Positions 1 to 11,100 are shown, counted from the stretch's first letter. The stretch: 32,000 nucleotides of DNA from Prochlorococcus marinus subsp. pastoris str. CCMP1986 (GCF_000011465.1 NC_005072.1:270001-302000), one strand, 5' to 3'. Notes: a model not told the origin generated them from the sequence alone. Numbers and translations: made by a program.

Positions 1-1086
1 CTTTAGATCGATAAATGATCTTTTCAGTTTTCCTTCTGGATATTTATCAAAGTCAATATCCCTAAAATTCTCGTCTGGACCAACTGATGGAAAATCATCA
101 TAAAAAATACTATCTAATACGATTTTGGAATCTTTTTCAAATGCATTTACATGATGAAAAACGAATCCTTCTGGAGCATCTATTGTTAACGGTGGCTGAC
201 CTCTAAATAATCCACTTTCTCTGGGGATGATAAAAAACTTTGCCTTTTTATTTGGGTTTGACTTTAGACATTGTGCTGCTCCTCTTTGACCCATTACAAA
301 TGGAAGAGGATTGAAATCAATAGCATTCTGCAAAAATATTGCCCAATTAGTTGTAATTGCGAAATCATGAAGGAATGCAAAGCCATTAAAGGTATCTTTT
401 CTGTCGAAAATGAGCTCTCCAGAATTTAAACCAGTATTATTAAATTCCATTAATCTAATGGTACTTTTTGGCCCGGTTTGTACTCCAAACGTGACTAAAA
501 GTTCTGAAGATGCTTTTGAGTTTAGGTCTTTTTTTGGATGTGCACTGAATGCTTCGTTAGGCTTGAGTACCCCTTTTAATGTTGTTAAACCAATAGTGTC
601 CAGACTATCAGGATCTATTGCATGTGGACCGGCTGCTTCCCATAATGCAAGAATTTCATCTCCTAATTTAACGACATGAGTATTAGCGATATTCTTGAAT
701 TTTAGATCTAATGCATTATTTAAAATTCCTCCATTTTTTTGTGTACCAAAAACACCTCTATAAATAAATTTATTTATTTTTTCTTCCTCCAAATAGCCTT
801 TAGTTTTAACAAATCTATTTGTTAAGAACGGCTGACCATTTTCGAATTTTATGGATGTTATCATTCCATCTCCATCAAATGGATGATGAACCCATTGTCC
901 ACCTCTCTCTAATATTCCTGGTCCATTTCTTAATAATGTTCCATTTAAATTATTAATATTATTACCTTTGCTGATTTTTAGAGGCTCATTGGTAAGCTCC
1001 TTTTCTACATTTTGATACGCACTTGACCAATCTTCTTTATTAAAACTTTTAGGTTTATCAATTTTTTTATCTTGTAAATTAGTCAC
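1..1086 (-). CDS. carotenoid oxygenase (RPE65/carotenoid cleavage dioxygenase family), truncated by the window edge
   Basis: Manual minus-strand translation gives ...NGPGILERGGQWVHHPFDGDGMI...LWEAAGPHAIDPDSLDT...FAFLHDFAITTNW...GFVFHHVNAFE..., family-typical His-containing motifs. Likely GTG start at 1086; the frame is open to the window edge, so it is absent from the ORF track. Confidence 0.9.
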   Translation of the reverse strand, partial: MTNLQDKKIDKPKSFNKEDWSSAYQNVEKELTNEPLKISKGNNINNLNGTLLRNGPGILERGGQWVHHPFDGDGMITSIKFENGQPFLTNRFVKTKGYLEEEKINKFIYRGVFGTQKNGGILNNALDLKFKNIANTHVVKLGDEILALWEAAGPHAIDPDSLDTIGLTTLKGVLKPNEAFSAHPKKDLNSKASSELLVTFGVQTGPKSTIRLMEFNNTGLNSGELIFDRKDTFNGFAFLHDFAITTNWAIFLQNAIDFNPLPFVMGQRGAAQCLKSNPNKKAKFFIIPRESGLFRGQPPLTIDAPEGFVFHHVNAFEKDSKIVLDSIFYDDFPSVGPDENFRDIDFDKYPEGKLKRSFIDLK

Positions 1087-1158
1087 AACAAAATAATAAC
1101 TTTGTCTATCTTCGCCAAAAATCAACTGAATTGTGGCTGATTCGAAAAAATTCCTATT

Positions 1159-1764
1159 TTATTGATTTTCAAGCATTCCTTTACTGCTTGGAATTGAATC
1201 AGATCTTCTTAGATCTATTTCGGTAGCCATTCTCATTGCTCGTGAAAAAGCTTTAAAGCAAGCCTCAACTATATGATGTGAATTGCTACCTCTTATTTGA
1301 TTAATATGCAGAGTAATACCACTGTTATTTACAAAGGCGATAAAAAACTCTTTTACTAGTTCAGTATCATAATTGCCAATTCTAGGAGCTTTTAATTGAA
1401 GATCATAAGATAGATGTGGTCTGCCGGAACAGTCCAAAGTAACTTGAACTAATGCTTCATCTAATGGGGCAAAGAAATGTCCAAATCTACTGATTCCTTT
1501 TCTTTCTCCCAAGGCTTTTGAAAATGCTTTGCCTAACGCGATTCCTACATCTTCATTTGTATGATGATCATCAATATGGGTATCTCCAATTGCTTTTATT
1601 TTTAAATCGAATAAACCATGACTGGATATTTGATGAAGCATATGATCTAAGAAAGGTATCCCGGTTTCAATTTCGGAAATCCCATTCCCATCTAAGTTTA
1701 TAAATACAGAAATATCTGTTTCATTCGTTTTTCTTTTTATTTCAGATTGCCTTAGAGATGACAT
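1159..1764 (-). CDS. hisB: imidazoleglycerol-phosphate dehydratase
   Basis: [32 protein letters not shown] and [13 protein letters not shown] motifs of HisB. Confidence 0.97.
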   Translation of the reverse strand: MSSLRQSEIKRKTNETDISVFINLDGNGISEIETGIPFLDHMLHQISSHGLFDLKIKAIGDTHIDDHHTNEDVGIALGKAFSKALGERKGISRFGHFFAPLDEALVQVTLDCSGRPHLSYDLQLKAPRIGNYDTELVKEFFIAFVNNSGITLHINQIRGSNSHHIVEACFKAFSRAMRMATEIDLRRSDSIPSSKGMLENQ

Positions 1765-1784
1765 TTTTATGCAAAAAATTTAGT

Positions 1785-2567
1785 TTACATTCCATTAATG
1801 CAGTAACCCGCATCAACATAAATTGTTTGGCCTGAAATGCCGCTAGAGAGATCACTTAATAAAAAAGCAGCAGTATTACCTACTTCCGTTTGAGTGACTG
1901 TTCTGCGTAAAGGAGCCTTTTCTTCAACATTGTGAATCATATCTAAAATGCCACCTATAGCAGAACTAGCAAGTGTTCTTATAGGTCCAGCACTTATTGC
2001 ATTAACTCTGACTTGTTTTTCGGGCCCAAGTTCTGCAGAAAGATATCTTACTGAAGCTTCTAAAGCTGCTTTTGCAACTCCCATCACGTTGTAGTTAGGG
2101 ATCGCCCTCTCTGAACCTAAATAAGTTAATGAGACAACGCCAGCACCATCACTAAAAAGTGGTTTTGCTGCTTTACATAAAGGTGCTAACGAATACGCAC
2201 TTATATTAAGAGCCCTATCAAAACCCTCTGAAGTCGTGGCACTATAATCTCCAATCAATTCATCGCGTCCTGCAAATGCTAGGCAGTGAACTAATCCGTC
2301 AATTTGACCCCAATTGTCTTTTATATTTTTAAAGATTTCTTCAATTTGAGCTGGATTTTGAACATCAAGAGGCAAAAATAAGGATGGGTTTAACGGTTGA
2401 GTTAGTTCTCTAACTTTAGATTCGAATCTTCCCTTATCATCAGGCAAATATGTGATTCCAAGTTCTGCGCCAGCTTTTGAAAGTTGTTGAGCAATACCCC
2501 ATGCTATTGAACGGTTATTGGCAATTCCCGTAACCAGAATTTTTTTGCCAGATAGATTTAGAAGCAT
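1785..2567 (-). CDS. fabI: enoyl-[acyl-carrier-protein] reductase [NADH]
   Basis: MLLNLSGKKILVTGIANNRSIAWGIAQ N-terminus plus YNVMGVAKAALEASVRYLSAELG and ISAGPIRTLAS. ORF track start (2648) is extended; the ATG at 2567 fits the family start. Confidence 0.96.
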   Translation of the reverse strand: MLLNLSGKKILVTGIANNRSIAWGIAQQLSKAGAELGITYLPDDKGRFESKVRELTQPLNPSLFLPLDVQNPAQIEEIFKNIKDNWGQIDGLVHCLAFAGRDELIGDYSATTSEGFDRALNISAYSLAPLCKAAKPLFSDGAGVVSLTYLGSERAIPNYNVMGVAKAALEASVRYLSAELGPEKQVRVNAISAGPIRTLASSAIGGILDMIHNVEEKAPLRRTVTQTEVGNTAAFLLSDLSSGISGQTIYVDAGYCINGM

Positions 2568-2673
2568 TTTGTTTATTATTTCTATATATTCTCCTATATC
2601 AAAGTACCTATCTTTACGGATTACTGCAAAATATACAATAATTTTCAAATATCAAAGAATATTCAACTTAAAA

Positions 2674-3267
2674 ATGGTCAAAACAAATTCTATGGTTTTG
2701 GAATTAGGTTTTCAATTACCTAATTTCAAAATGTTAAATGCTAATTCTTCTAATAATCAATATTTTAATTCTCATAATCTAGATAATCGGCATTTACTTT
2801 TAATGTTTATTTGTGCCCATTGTCCATTTGTTAAATATATTGAGAATCAAATTTTCACCTTAAGTAAAGAAATTGAAAATACAGTTCAAACAGTTGCAAT
2901 TTCTAGTAATGATATTGTCACTCATCCTTCAGATTCTCCTGATTATTTGAGATTACAAGCACAATCACAGGGATGGAGTTTCCCTTATCTATATGATGAA
3001 AATCAAAATTTTGCTAAGGAATTAAAAGCGGCTTGCACCCCGGATTTTTATCTTTTTTCAAATGAAGGAGATGGTGATTTTTTATTGTTTTATCATGGCC
3101 AATTAGATGATAGTAGACCAGGTAATAATATTCCCCTGTCTGGAAAAGATTTGCGCTCTGCTGTAAAAGATTTGAATCAAGATAATTCTTATCCTTCAAA
3201 TCAGATTCCTTCTTTAGGTTGCAATATAAAATGGACTCCTGGTAAAGAACCGAGTTGGTTTAAATGA
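2674..3267 (+). CDS. thioredoxin-like/redoxin family protein
   Basis: LMFICAHCPFVKYIENQI (CxxC-P near the N-terminus) followed by ISSND...SHPSDSPDYL and FPYLYDENQNFAKELKAACTPDFYLF, a redoxin-like arrangement. Start at the internal ATG 2674 rather than 2518, which would overlap fabI. Confidence 0.85.
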   Translation: MVKTNSMVLELGFQLPNFKMLNANSSNNQYFNSHNLDNRHLLLMFICAHCPFVKYIENQIFTLSKEIENTVQTVAISSNDIVTHPSDSPDYLRLQAQSQGWSFPYLYDENQNFAKELKAACTPDFYLFSNEGDGDFLLFYHGQLDDSRPGNNIPLSGKDLRSAVKDLNQDNSYPSNQIPSLGCNIKWTPGKEPSWFK

Positions 3268-3320
3268 ATTAAAAAATTTTTTTACCCATAGAAATATGGT
3301 TTAGGGTTAATATATTCATT

Positions 3321-4526
3321 ATGCAGATACCTCCATTTACTTTAAATAGGCAGTACCAAGAAATTGGCTCAGAAATTGAGAGCGAGGTTTCTAAAGTTTT
3401 AAAAGGGGGGCAGTATATTGGAGGACAAGAAATTGCCAAATTTGAGGAGAGTTTTTCTAGTCTGATTGGTGTTGAAAATACTATTGGATGTAATAGTGGA
3501 ACTGATGCTTTAGTATTAGCTTTGCGCGCATTAGATATTGGTGTGGGTGATGAAGTTATTACCTCATCTTTTAGCTTTTTTGCGACTGCAGAGGCTATTA
3601 GTGCAGTTGGTGCTAATCCTGTTTTGGTAGATATAGATCCAGAAACTTATCTCATTAATACTGAACTAATAGAACAAGAAATAAATTCTAATACCAAGGC
3701 AATTATGCCAGTTCATTTATTTGGGAATGCAGTGAATATGACCTTAATAAAATCTTTGGCCAACAAATATGACTTAAAAGTAATCGAAGATTGTGCCCAG
3801 GCAACATGCACAATGTGGGATAATTCTAAAGTTGGTAGTATCGGTGATATAGGTTGTTTTAGCTTTTTTCCTACTAAAAATTTAGGAGCTGCTGGAGATG
3901 GTGGAGCAGTAACAACTTCAGATCAGAATATTGCCAATAAAATTAGAGAACTGGCTGTTCATGGCAGCCCAATAAGATATCACCATACCCAAATTGGATA
4001 TAACAGCAGACTTGATACCATTCAAGCTGCCATATTAAACATTAAAATTAAATATATTTCTAAGTGGATTAATAATCGCCAAATAATTGCTAATAATTAC
4101 CTTGATTTATTAGGAAAAAATCCATTTATTAGTTTTCCAAAAATTAGCTCTGATTTAATTTCCCATTCTTGGAATCAATTTGTCATCAAATTAAGAAACG
4201 ATAAATATTTTTTAAATGAAGATTTTTCAAATTTATTTGATACTGATTGCAAAAAATACTATTCCTTAAGGAATTTGGTCAAACAACAACTTTTTGAAAA
4301 AGGTATTAATTCAATTATTTATTATCCAATTCCAATACATGCACAAATAGCTTACAAAAATAAAAATTTTTCTAGAATAAAACTTATAAATACAGAGAGA
4401 ATTTGTACAGAGGTTCTAAGTCTCCCAATGTTTCCTGAAATTTCTTATGAAGAGCAAGTTTATATAGCAGAAAATTTAAATAAAGTTTTAAAGTATTGTA
4501 TAGATGAAATTCAAATTTCAGCATAA
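3321..4526 (+). CDS. DegT/DnrJ/EryC1/StrS family PLP-dependent sugar aminotransferase
   Basis: GCNSGTDALVLALRAL, EDCAQA and CFSFFPTKNLGAAGDGGA (PLP lysine region). Confidence 0.93.
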   Translation: MQIPPFTLNRQYQEIGSEIESEVSKVLKGGQYIGGQEIAKFEESFSSLIGVENTIGCNSGTDALVLALRALDIGVGDEVITSSFSFFATAEAISAVGANPVLVDIDPETYLINTELIEQEINSNTKAIMPVHLFGNAVNMTLIKSLANKYDLKVIEDCAQATCTMWDNSKVGSIGDIGCFSFFPTKNLGAAGDGGAVTTSDQNIANKIRELAVHGSPIRYHHTQIGYNSRLDTIQAAILNIKIKYISKWINNRQIIANNYLDLLGKNPFISFPKISSDLISHSWNQFVIKLRNDKYFLNEDFSNLFDTDCKKYYSLRNLVKQQLFEKGINSIIYYPIPIHAQIAYKNKNFSRIKLINTERICTEVLSLPMFPEISYEEQVYIAENLNKVLKYCIDEIQISA

Positions 4527-5947
4527 AGTGATTTAAATAATCTTTGTTGTATGTTGTGATTGACGATAGGGCTTGAATAATTATTTTTTTCTAAATTAGA
4601 TATCTCCCCATTTAATAATTCTGAATTTGACACTCTAGATAATTCAGGAATCCAATATTTTATATATTCGCAAATAGGATCAAATTTTTTTGCTTGGGTA
4701 TATGGATTAAAAATTCTAAGTGGTTTTGGATCCATACCGCTACTGGCGCTCCACTGCCATCCCCCATTATTTGCAGCTAAGTCTCCATCAACCAACGTCT
4801 CCATAAATTTTTTCTCGCCCATTTGCCAACTGCATATAAGATCTTTTACCAGAAATGAAGCGACTATCATCCTACATCTATTATGCATCCAGCCAGTACT
4901 ATTAAGTTGACGCATTGCAGCATCAACTATAGGTACTCCGGTCTCTCCGTTGCTCCAATGTTGAAACAATTCATTATTGTTTTGCCATGGAAAGTGATCC
5001 CATTTTTTTCTATATGGACCTTTCTCTAGCTCTGGGAAATGGAATAAGCAATGTTGATAAAATTCACGCCAAACAAGTTCTTTTTGCCATGTTTCAATTG
5101 ATAGGTAATTTTCTTGATTTGCAAAATCTGAATTTAAATTTAATGTAGCGTTCCAAACTTTTCTAATGCTGATGGTGCCGAATCTGAGAGATGCACTTAG
5201 AAATGATGTCCCATTATGTGAAGGAAAATCTCTTGCAGAATTATAAGAATATATTTTTTTTTCGTTAATGAAGTTTTCTAATAATGTTTGCGCAGCATTC
5301 TCTCCAGGTCTACATGGACAAATATTCGAACCAGGAAATTTGATATTTTTGATAAATTTCTCTAGAACCGAATCAGATGAATTTATTGCCTTATTTTCTT
5401 TGAATTTATTATCTATATCTTTAAACTGGAAAACAACTTTATCTTGTTCAAATGAACCTAATAAATTAATTTTTGATTTAAGGTTTTTATAAAAAGGTCC
5501 ATAAACTGAATAAGGATTATTATTCCCTGAAAATATTTTTAAAGGTTCTATTAATAAGTGATCCCAAGTTTCAATAACTTGAATATTTTGTTCTTTTAAA
5601 TTATTTTTTATTTCTAAATCTCGATTAATCTCATAAGGTTCAATTGATCTATTCCAAAAAACAAATTTAGCATCTATTTTCTTTGCTAATTGAGGAATTA
5701 TTAATACCGGATCTCCTTCTTCCAAAACTAATCTACTACCCATTTTTTTCCAATTATTTCCTAATTCTTGAAGCGAATTTCCTAGAAACCAAGCTCTTGA
5801 ACTTGCATTGAAATCGTGTGAGTAATTTTTATCAAATATATAAGTTGAAGTAATAGCATCTGATAATGAAAATGCTTTGATTAAAGCTTGATTATCAAAT
5901 ATTCTTAAATCCTTTCTATGCCAAAAAAGTATTCTAGGTTTATTCAT
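4511..5947 (-). CDS. phrB: deoxyribodipyrimidine photo-lyase
   Basis: ILFWHRKDLRIFDNQAL, WQKELVWREFYQH, GETGVPIVDAAMRQLNSTGWMHNRCRMIVASFLVKDL, DGDLAANNGGWQWSASSGMDPKPLRIFNP. Confidence 0.97.
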   Translation of the reverse strand: MNKPRILFWHRKDLRIFDNQALIKAFSLSDAITSTYIFDKNYSHDFNASSRAWFLGNSLQELGNNWKKMGSRLVLEEGDPVLIIPQLAKKIDAKFVFWNRSIEPYEINRDLEIKNNLKEQNIQVIETWDHLLIEPLKIFSGNNNPYSVYGPFYKNLKSKINLLGSFEQDKVVFQFKDIDNKFKENKAINSSDSVLEKFIKNIKFPGSNICPCRPGENAAQTLLENFINEKKIYSYNSARDFPSHNGTSFLSASLRFGTISIRKVWNATLNLNSDFANQENYLSIETWQKELVWREFYQHCLFHFPELEKGPYRKKWDHFPWQNNNELFQHWSNGETGVPIVDAAMRQLNSTGWMHNRCRMIVASFLVKDLICSWQMGEKKFMETLVDGDLAANNGGWQWSASSGMDPKPLRIFNPYTQAKKFDPICEYIKYWIPELSRVSNSELLNGEISNLEKNNYSSPIVNHNIQQRLFKSLYAEI

Positions 5948-6507
5948 AATTTATCTAACAATTGTTTAGCTCTAAACCAAGCCGTAACGGTTTTTGCGTC
6001 AAGAATTTCATCCCCACTAGAAATAAGATTATCTAGTTCGTCGGGTTCTAGAATTAATACTTCTATATCTTCATCTAAATCTCCTTTAACCTCGGAATTG
6101 AGTTTGTTTAAATCACGAGCTAAAAATAAATAAATTTCTTCATCTGCATAACCAGGAGCAGGGACAAGAGTTCCTAGTTCATCCCATTTGTTTGCACTGA
6201 ATCCAGTCTCTTCTTGTATTTCTCTTTGAATTGAATTAATAGGTGTTTCACCTATTTCTAATGTACCTGCTGGAAATTCTAATAAATACCTTGAAACAGC
6301 AAATCTATATTGCCGAAGAATGATAACTTTATTGTCTTTTGTAATAGGTACTGCTAATGCTGCGCCAGGATGCTTAATGTATCCATATTCACCTTCATGT
6401 CCATTTGGAAGCTCAATTCTATTTATTTCGAAACTAAATTTTTTTGACTTTAACTCAGATATTTTTTCTTTAAAAATCGATCTTTTTATAAAGTTTTTGT
6501 TGCCCAT
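5944..6507 (-). CDS. NUDIX hydrolase (ADP-ribose pyrophosphatase-like)
   Basis: Nudix box: GTLEIGETPINSIQREIQEETGF. Confidence 0.92.
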   Translation of the reverse strand: MGNKNFIKRSIFKEKISELKSKKFSFEINRIELPNGHEGEYGYIKHPGAALAVPITKDNKVIILRQYRFAVSRYLLEFPAGTLEIGETPINSIQREIQEETGFSANKWDELGTLVPAPGYADEEIYLFLARDLNKLNSEVKGDLDEDIEVLILEPDELDNLISSGDEILDAKTVTAWFRAKQLLDKL

Positions 6508-6558
6508 AATTTTTAAATAAAGACAGCCTAACAGTTATTTTTTGGTTTTGTAAATCAT

Positions 6559-7134
6559 TTATATAGTCCATTTTGGGGCATCAAACTTTTTGATTTTTTG
6601 GCTTCTACTTAAGATTTCAGATAGTGGTGTAATAACGAAATTCCGATTCATGAATCTAGGGTGAGGTAATGTTAATTTCTCGTCAACCGTATAAAAATCT
6701 TCCCACCAAAGAATATCTAAATCGAGACATCTTGATAGCCATTTCTTACCCTTTGGCGTCTCTTTTCGTCCGAAAAACCTCTCTAACTTTTTTAGCTCTT
6801 TTAAAAGTAATTTCGCGTTTTTATTTGATGTTTTAGGGAAAGAATTACTTTTTATAAGCAATAGAGTATTTAAATAATTTGGCTGCTCATTTTCAACTCC
6901 ATGAGGTAATGTCTCATAAATTGATGACCAAAAAAAGTTTGCATGAAATTTTCTTTTCTCTTCTTTTTTGTTGTTGTAAAGATCTCCCCACTCATTTATT
7001 ATTTCTTCTATTTTTGGTTTGCAAATTAATAGTGACTCAAGAGGGCTTCCGAATTTACTATCAATATTTGCTCCCAGGGATATACATAGTCCATTTTTGA
7101 TATTAAGATTTGATAATTCCACTAAAAAAAACAA
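6559..7134 (-). CDS. folK: 2-amino-4-hydroxy-6-hydroxymethyldihydropteridine pyrophosphokinase
   Basis: [35 protein letters not shown]...[34 protein letters not shown]. Confidence 0.92.
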   Translation of the reverse strand: MFFLVELSNLNIKNGLCISLGANIDSKFGSPLESLLICKPKIEEIINEWGDLYNNKKEEKRKFHANFFWSSIYETLPHGVENEQPNYLNTLLLIKSNSFPKTSNKNAKLLLKELKKLERFFGRKETPKGKKWLSRCLDLDILWWEDFYTVDEKLTLPHPRFMNRNFVITPLSEILSRSQKIKKFDAPKWTI

Positions 7135-7170
7135 AGTTATTGGATAAATTCTATATCAGGCATTTTTAAA

Positions 7171-9333
7171 GTGATTTTGAACCCCGAGTTACAAGAAAAA
7201 GGAGAAATAAAAGATTTAATGAAGTCAAGGGGTTCTTTTAGAGCTTTCCCATTGGCGGCAATTACAGGTCATAGTTTATTGAAGTTATCTTTACTTTTGG
7301 CAGCAGTTGATCCCAGTTTAGGAGGAGTGATTATCGCTGGAGGAAGAGGCACTGGTAAGTCAATATTAGCTAGGGGTTTGCATACTTTACTCCCTCCTAT
7401 AGAGGTATTAGATAATGAATCAATACTGGAAAAGCTAACTATGAGTAATAGTAATACTTCATTAAGACCTATTGGGAGGAACCTAGATCCAGATAAAGCA
7501 GAGGAATGGGATATTAGTACTAATAAATTGTTGGAGGAGGTAATTGGAAGTGATTATTTGAATCAAATTGAAGAAATTCCGAAAAAAGTAAGAGAGGCCC
7601 CATTTATTCAAGTTCCCATTGGCATAACTGAAGATAGGCTTGTTGGATCAATTGACGTCGCTGCATCATTAAGTTCGGGGGAACAAGTTTTTCAGCCAGG
7701 AGTTTTAGCAGAGGCTCATAGGGGTGTTTTGTATGTTGATGATATTAATTTATTGGATGACGGGATTGTAAATTTAATTCTTGAAGCTACTGGTAGAGAA
7801 CAAAATAATATTGAAAGAGATGGATTAAGTCTTTCTCATCCTTGCAGATCACTTTTGATAGCAACTTATAATCCTGAAGAAGGAGCTTTAAGAGATCATG
7901 TGTTAGATAGATTTGCAATTGTGCTCTCTGCGGATCAATCGATAGATAATAACCAAAGAGTTGAAATAACAAAATCTGTGTTATCTCATGCTGAAAACAA
8001 TATCAAGTTTTCAGAAAAATGGTCTGAAGAATCTGATAATTTATCCACCCAGTTAATTTTGGCTAGGCAATGGTTAAAGGATGTAAAAATTACTAAAGAA
8101 CAAATAACTTATTTAGTAAATGAAGCCCTTAGAGGTGGAGTCGAAGGACATAGATCTGAGTTGTTTGCAGTAAAAGTTGCTAAAGCAAATGCGGCCCTTC
8201 GAGGTGATGAGAATGTTAATTCTGATGATTTAAAGGTTGCAGTAAGGTTAGTAATTCTTCCAAGAGCTACGCAAATACCACCTCAGGATGATGATATTCA
8301 ACCACCACCCCCTCAGGATCAAAGCCCACCCCCACCTCAGTCAAATAATGAAGATTCTGAACCTGAATCTAACGAAAAAGAGGATAATCAAGAAGAAGAA
8401 CAAGATAATTCTGATGGGGAAGAAGATTCTACTCCCGATATTCCAGAAGAATTTATTCTTGATCCTGAATCATGCATGGTAGATCCTGATTTATTGCTTT
8501 TTTCATCAGCAAAATCTAAAGCAGGGAATAGTGGAAGTAGATCAGTAATTCTAAGTCAAAGCAGAGGTCGATATGTCAGACCTTTAATTCCAAGAGGCAA
8601 AGTAAAAAGAATTGCTGTTGATGCAACTCTCAGAGCCGCTGCTCCATATCAGAAATCTAGAAGATTAAAGAATCCGAATAAAACAATAATTATTGAAGAA
8701 AATGACTTTAGGGCAAAGCTCCTTCAAAAACAAGCAGGAGCTTTGGTTATTTTTTTAGTTGATGCTAGTGGTTCTATGGCACTTAATAGAATGCAAAGCG
8801 CTAAAGGTGCTGTCATAAGACTTTTGACTGAGGCTTATGAAAATAGAGATGAAGTAGCTCTAATACCATTTAGAGGAAATCAAGCAGAGGTTCTTTTGCC
8901 TCCAACAAGATCTATTACGGCAGCAAAAAGAAGGCTAGAGACTATGCCATGTGGAGGTGGATCACCTTTAGCTCATGGGTTAACTCAATCAGCAAAAGTA
9001 GCAAAAAATGCTCTTTCCACAGGAGATATAGGTCAGGTCATTGTTGTTGGAATAACTGATGGGAGGGGTAATGTCCCTTTAGGTACATCATTAGGTCAAG
9101 CAGAAGTTAATGAAAATGAAAATGTGGATTTAAAACAAGAAGTTTTAGATATTGCCGCTAAATACCCCATGTTAGGAATAAAGTTATTAATTATAGATAC
9201 AGAAAGGAAATTTATAGCTAGTGGTTTTGGAAAAGAACTTGCAGAAGCTGCACAAGGGAAATATGTTCAATTGCCTAAAGCTACTGATAAGACAATTGCC
9301 GCGATGGCCTTAAATGCAATTAATGAATTTTAA
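7171..9333 (+). CDS. chlD: magnesium chelatase subunit D
   Basis: N-terminal AAA domain ([28 protein letters not shown]), central Pro-rich/acidic linker and C-terminal VWA domain ([38 protein letters not shown]). Alternative ATG start at 7219. Confidence 0.97.
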   Translation: MILNPELQEKGEIKDLMKSRGSFRAFPLAAITGHSLLKLSLLLAAVDPSLGGVIIAGGRGTGKSILARGLHTLLPPIEVLDNESILEKLTMSNSNTSLRPIGRNLDPDKAEEWDISTNKLLEEVIGSDYLNQIEEIPKKVREAPFIQVPIGITEDRLVGSIDVAASLSSGEQVFQPGVLAEAHRGVLYVDDINLLDDGIVNLILEATGREQNNIERDGLSLSHPCRSLLIATYNPEEGALRDHVLDRFAIVLSADQSIDNNQRVEITKSVLSHAENNIKFSEKWSEESDNLSTQLILARQWLKDVKITKEQITYLVNEALRGGVEGHRSELFAVKVAKANAALRGDENVNSDDLKVAVRLVILPRATQIPPQDDDIQPPPPQDQSPPPPQSNNEDSEPESNEKEDNQEEEQDNSDGEEDSTPDIPEEFILDPESCMVDPDLLLFSSAKSKAGNSGSRSVILSQSRGRYVRPLIPRGKVKRIAVDATLRAAAPYQKSRRLKNPNKTIIIEENDFRAKLLQKQAGALVIFLVDASGSMALNRMQSAKGAVIRLLTEAYENRDEVALIPFRGNQAEVLLPPTRSITAAKRRLETMPCGGGSPLAHGLTQSAKVAKNALSTGDIGQVIVVGITDGRGNVPLGTSLGQAEVNENENVDLKQEVLDIAAKYPMLGIKLLIIDTERKFIASGFGKELAEAAQGKYVQLPKATDKTIAAMALNAINEF

Positions 9334-9338
9334 ATTTT

Positions 9339-10184
9339 TTATGGGTAAATCTCATTAAGGAATTTTGATAGTCCAATTGTTAAATCTCTTATAGATTTAG
9401 TTAATTCTTTATCTTTCATTAATTGTTCAAAATCATCACTCATATTATCAAATTTGCCTGATATTGATTCGGCTGCTTCTATTGTTAATTTAATATCTTT
9501 AAGGGTTTCTTCGTCATTTATAGTAGACAAAATATTGTTTAAATGACCTGCTGCAATGGTTACCTCTTTTATAAGAGGTTTAACTCTAATAATTTCTTGC
9601 TTTGACAAATAAATTAGTTCATCAAGATTTTCTTGTGTTTTATCAAATTGGTCTATTGAATTAACTACATTTTCAATTAAATTTTCTTGATTTGATTCTT
9701 TAAGTAGTTGATTTATCCTGTTAGTGATATTTGAAAGGCTCGATAGTTGTTTTCCAGTAATAGTGTCTCCTTGGCAAATTATTAATTTACTATCACATTT
9801 GTCTGATATGGCTTTTGGAGTATTCTTTGGAATTGTTTTTTCACTGGTTTCTAATGCAACTTGAACATCTCCCCCTAAAAATGAATTCGTAACAACTCTT
9901 GCGAATGCAGGTTTGGGAAGAATAATTTCTGGATTATTTAAAACAATTTTTGCTTTGATTGATTCATTAGTAAAAAGAATATCCTCAATTGAACCTACTA
10001 ATATCCCTCTGTAGGTTACTGGAGATTTTTTTGATAAACCACTTGCGTTGTTAAATTCTGCAAAAAGATACCAATTTTTTGAAGACAGCTTTACACCTCT
10101 TAACCAGAAAGAAAAAAATGTAAATACTAATAAACCTCCTAATAAGGAAAATCCTACTATCGAATCTCTTAAGCTTCTACGCAT
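9339..10184 (-). CDS. MCE/MlaD family protein (ABC transporter substrate-associated)
   Basis: N-terminal TM helix, then WYLFAEFNNASGLSKKSPVTYRGILVGSIEDI...ARVVTNSFLGGDVQVAL, MCE domain; adjacent to its ATPase. Confidence 0.9.
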   Translation of the reverse strand: MRRSLRDSIVGFSLLGGLLVFTFFSFWLRGVKLSSKNWYLFAEFNNASGLSKKSPVTYRGILVGSIEDILFTNESIKAKIVLNNPEIILPKPAFARVVTNSFLGGDVQVALETSEKTIPKNTPKAISDKCDSKLIICQGDTITGKQLSSLSNITNRINQLLKESNQENLIENVVNSIDQFDKTQENLDELIYLSKQEIIRVKPLIKEVTIAAGHLNNILSTINDEETLKDIKLTIEAAESISGKFDNMSDDFEQLMKDKELTKSIRDLTIGLSKFLNEIYP

Positions 10185-10189
10185 AATTT

Positions 10190-11008
10190 TTAAATGTCTT
10201 TTGGTTGCATTGGCCCTGCAAGGTTCCCATTTCTAAATTGAAAAACATAAGGATCATTACTCTCTTTAAATTCATCAATCGAACCAGCCCATCTGAATTT
10301 ACCTCCATAAAGCATAACAACTTTTTCTGAAGTCCTTTCTATAGTACTAAGAACATGACTCACGACAATAGATGATCCATTGGCTTTATTGTTTGTATTA
10401 TTAATCAAGTCTTCAATTCTTGATGAAGCAATAGGGTCAAGACCAGCAGTAGGTTCATCAAAAAGTAATAAAGGGTGACTATTTTTATCTAAATCTTGAT
10501 CTGTAATCAATGCTCTTGCAAAACTTACTCTTTTTTGCATACCGCCACTTAATTCATTTGGCAGTTTTTTCTCAACATTAAATAATCCTACTTCTTCCAA
10601 ACATTCTCTTACAATTTCATGAATAAATTTCTTGGATAAATTTTTATTCTTTTGGAGTAGGAATCCTACATTTTCTTCAATAGTTAAAGATCCTAATAAA
10701 GCAGGATTTTGAAAAACTAATCTTACATCTGGAGGGTTAGTTTGATCTAATCTTAAGTAGGTTTGTTTTTGTCCAAATATGCTTAATTCACCCGCAGTGG
10801 GTAAAAGCAAACCTGCCAAGATTTTTAATATAGTTGATTTCCCAGAACCTGAGGGGCCAACAATAGCTAATTTTTCTCCCTCATAAAGTTTTAAATTGAT
10901 TTTATTTAGTACATTAAGTTCTCCCCAACTAATTGAGAGATTATTGGTTTCTACGACATGGTTTGTTTTTTTCAAAATGAATATAAAGCAATTTGTCTTT
11001 AAATACAT
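10190..11008 (-). CDS. ABC transporter ATP-binding protein, MlaF-like
   Basis: Walker A GPSGSGKST, signature ELSGGMQKRVSFARAL, Walker B LLLFDEPTAGLDP. Start uncertain: family homology begins around VVETNNLSISW, so a later non-ATG start is possible. Confidence 0.92.
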   Translation of the reverse strand: MYLKTNCFIFILKKTNHVVETNNLSISWGELNVLNKINLKLYEGEKLAIVGPSGSGKSTILKILAGLLLPTAGELSIFGQKQTYLRLDQTNPPDVRLVFQNPALLGSLTIEENVGFLLQKNKNLSKKFIHEIVRECLEEVGLFNVEKKLPNELSGGMQKRVSFARALITDQDLDKNSHPLLLFDEPTAGLDPIASSRIEDLINNTNNKANGSSIVVSHVLSTIERTSEKVVMLYGGKFRWAGSIDEFKESNDPYVFQFRNGNLAGPMQPKDI

Positions 11009-11100
11009 ATTGCCTACTTTTTAAAAATAAAAAAGGATGTATGTATTTGATTTATAATCAATGTAAATATTTAAATTTTAAGAAATTTAAGAGGATTTTG

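Noticed and set aside
410-679. Plus-strand 89-aa ORF
   Set aside because: Lies antisense to the edge-truncated carotenoid oxygenase whose minus-strand translation has clear family motifs.
3283-3300. Short CCATA-GAAA-TATGG hairpin upstream of the DegT-family gene
   Set aside because: Only 5 bp of AT-containing stem and no adjacent T run; could easily be chance in this base composition.
5268-5492. Small plus-strand ORF inside phrB, and similar entries at 1518, 3014, 5918, 6320, 6879, 7787, 8288, 10048, 11804, 13380, 16642, 17876, 18740, 21850, 28442 and 31138
   Set aside because: All lie fully or mostly over well-supported genes and show no motifs; they are typical by-products of AT-rich coding sequence.
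8281-8430. Proline-rich and acidic low-complexity stretch ([21 protein letters not shown]...EEEQDNSD)
   Set aside because: It looks like a repeat, but it is the normal flexible linker between the AAA and VWA domains of ChlD.
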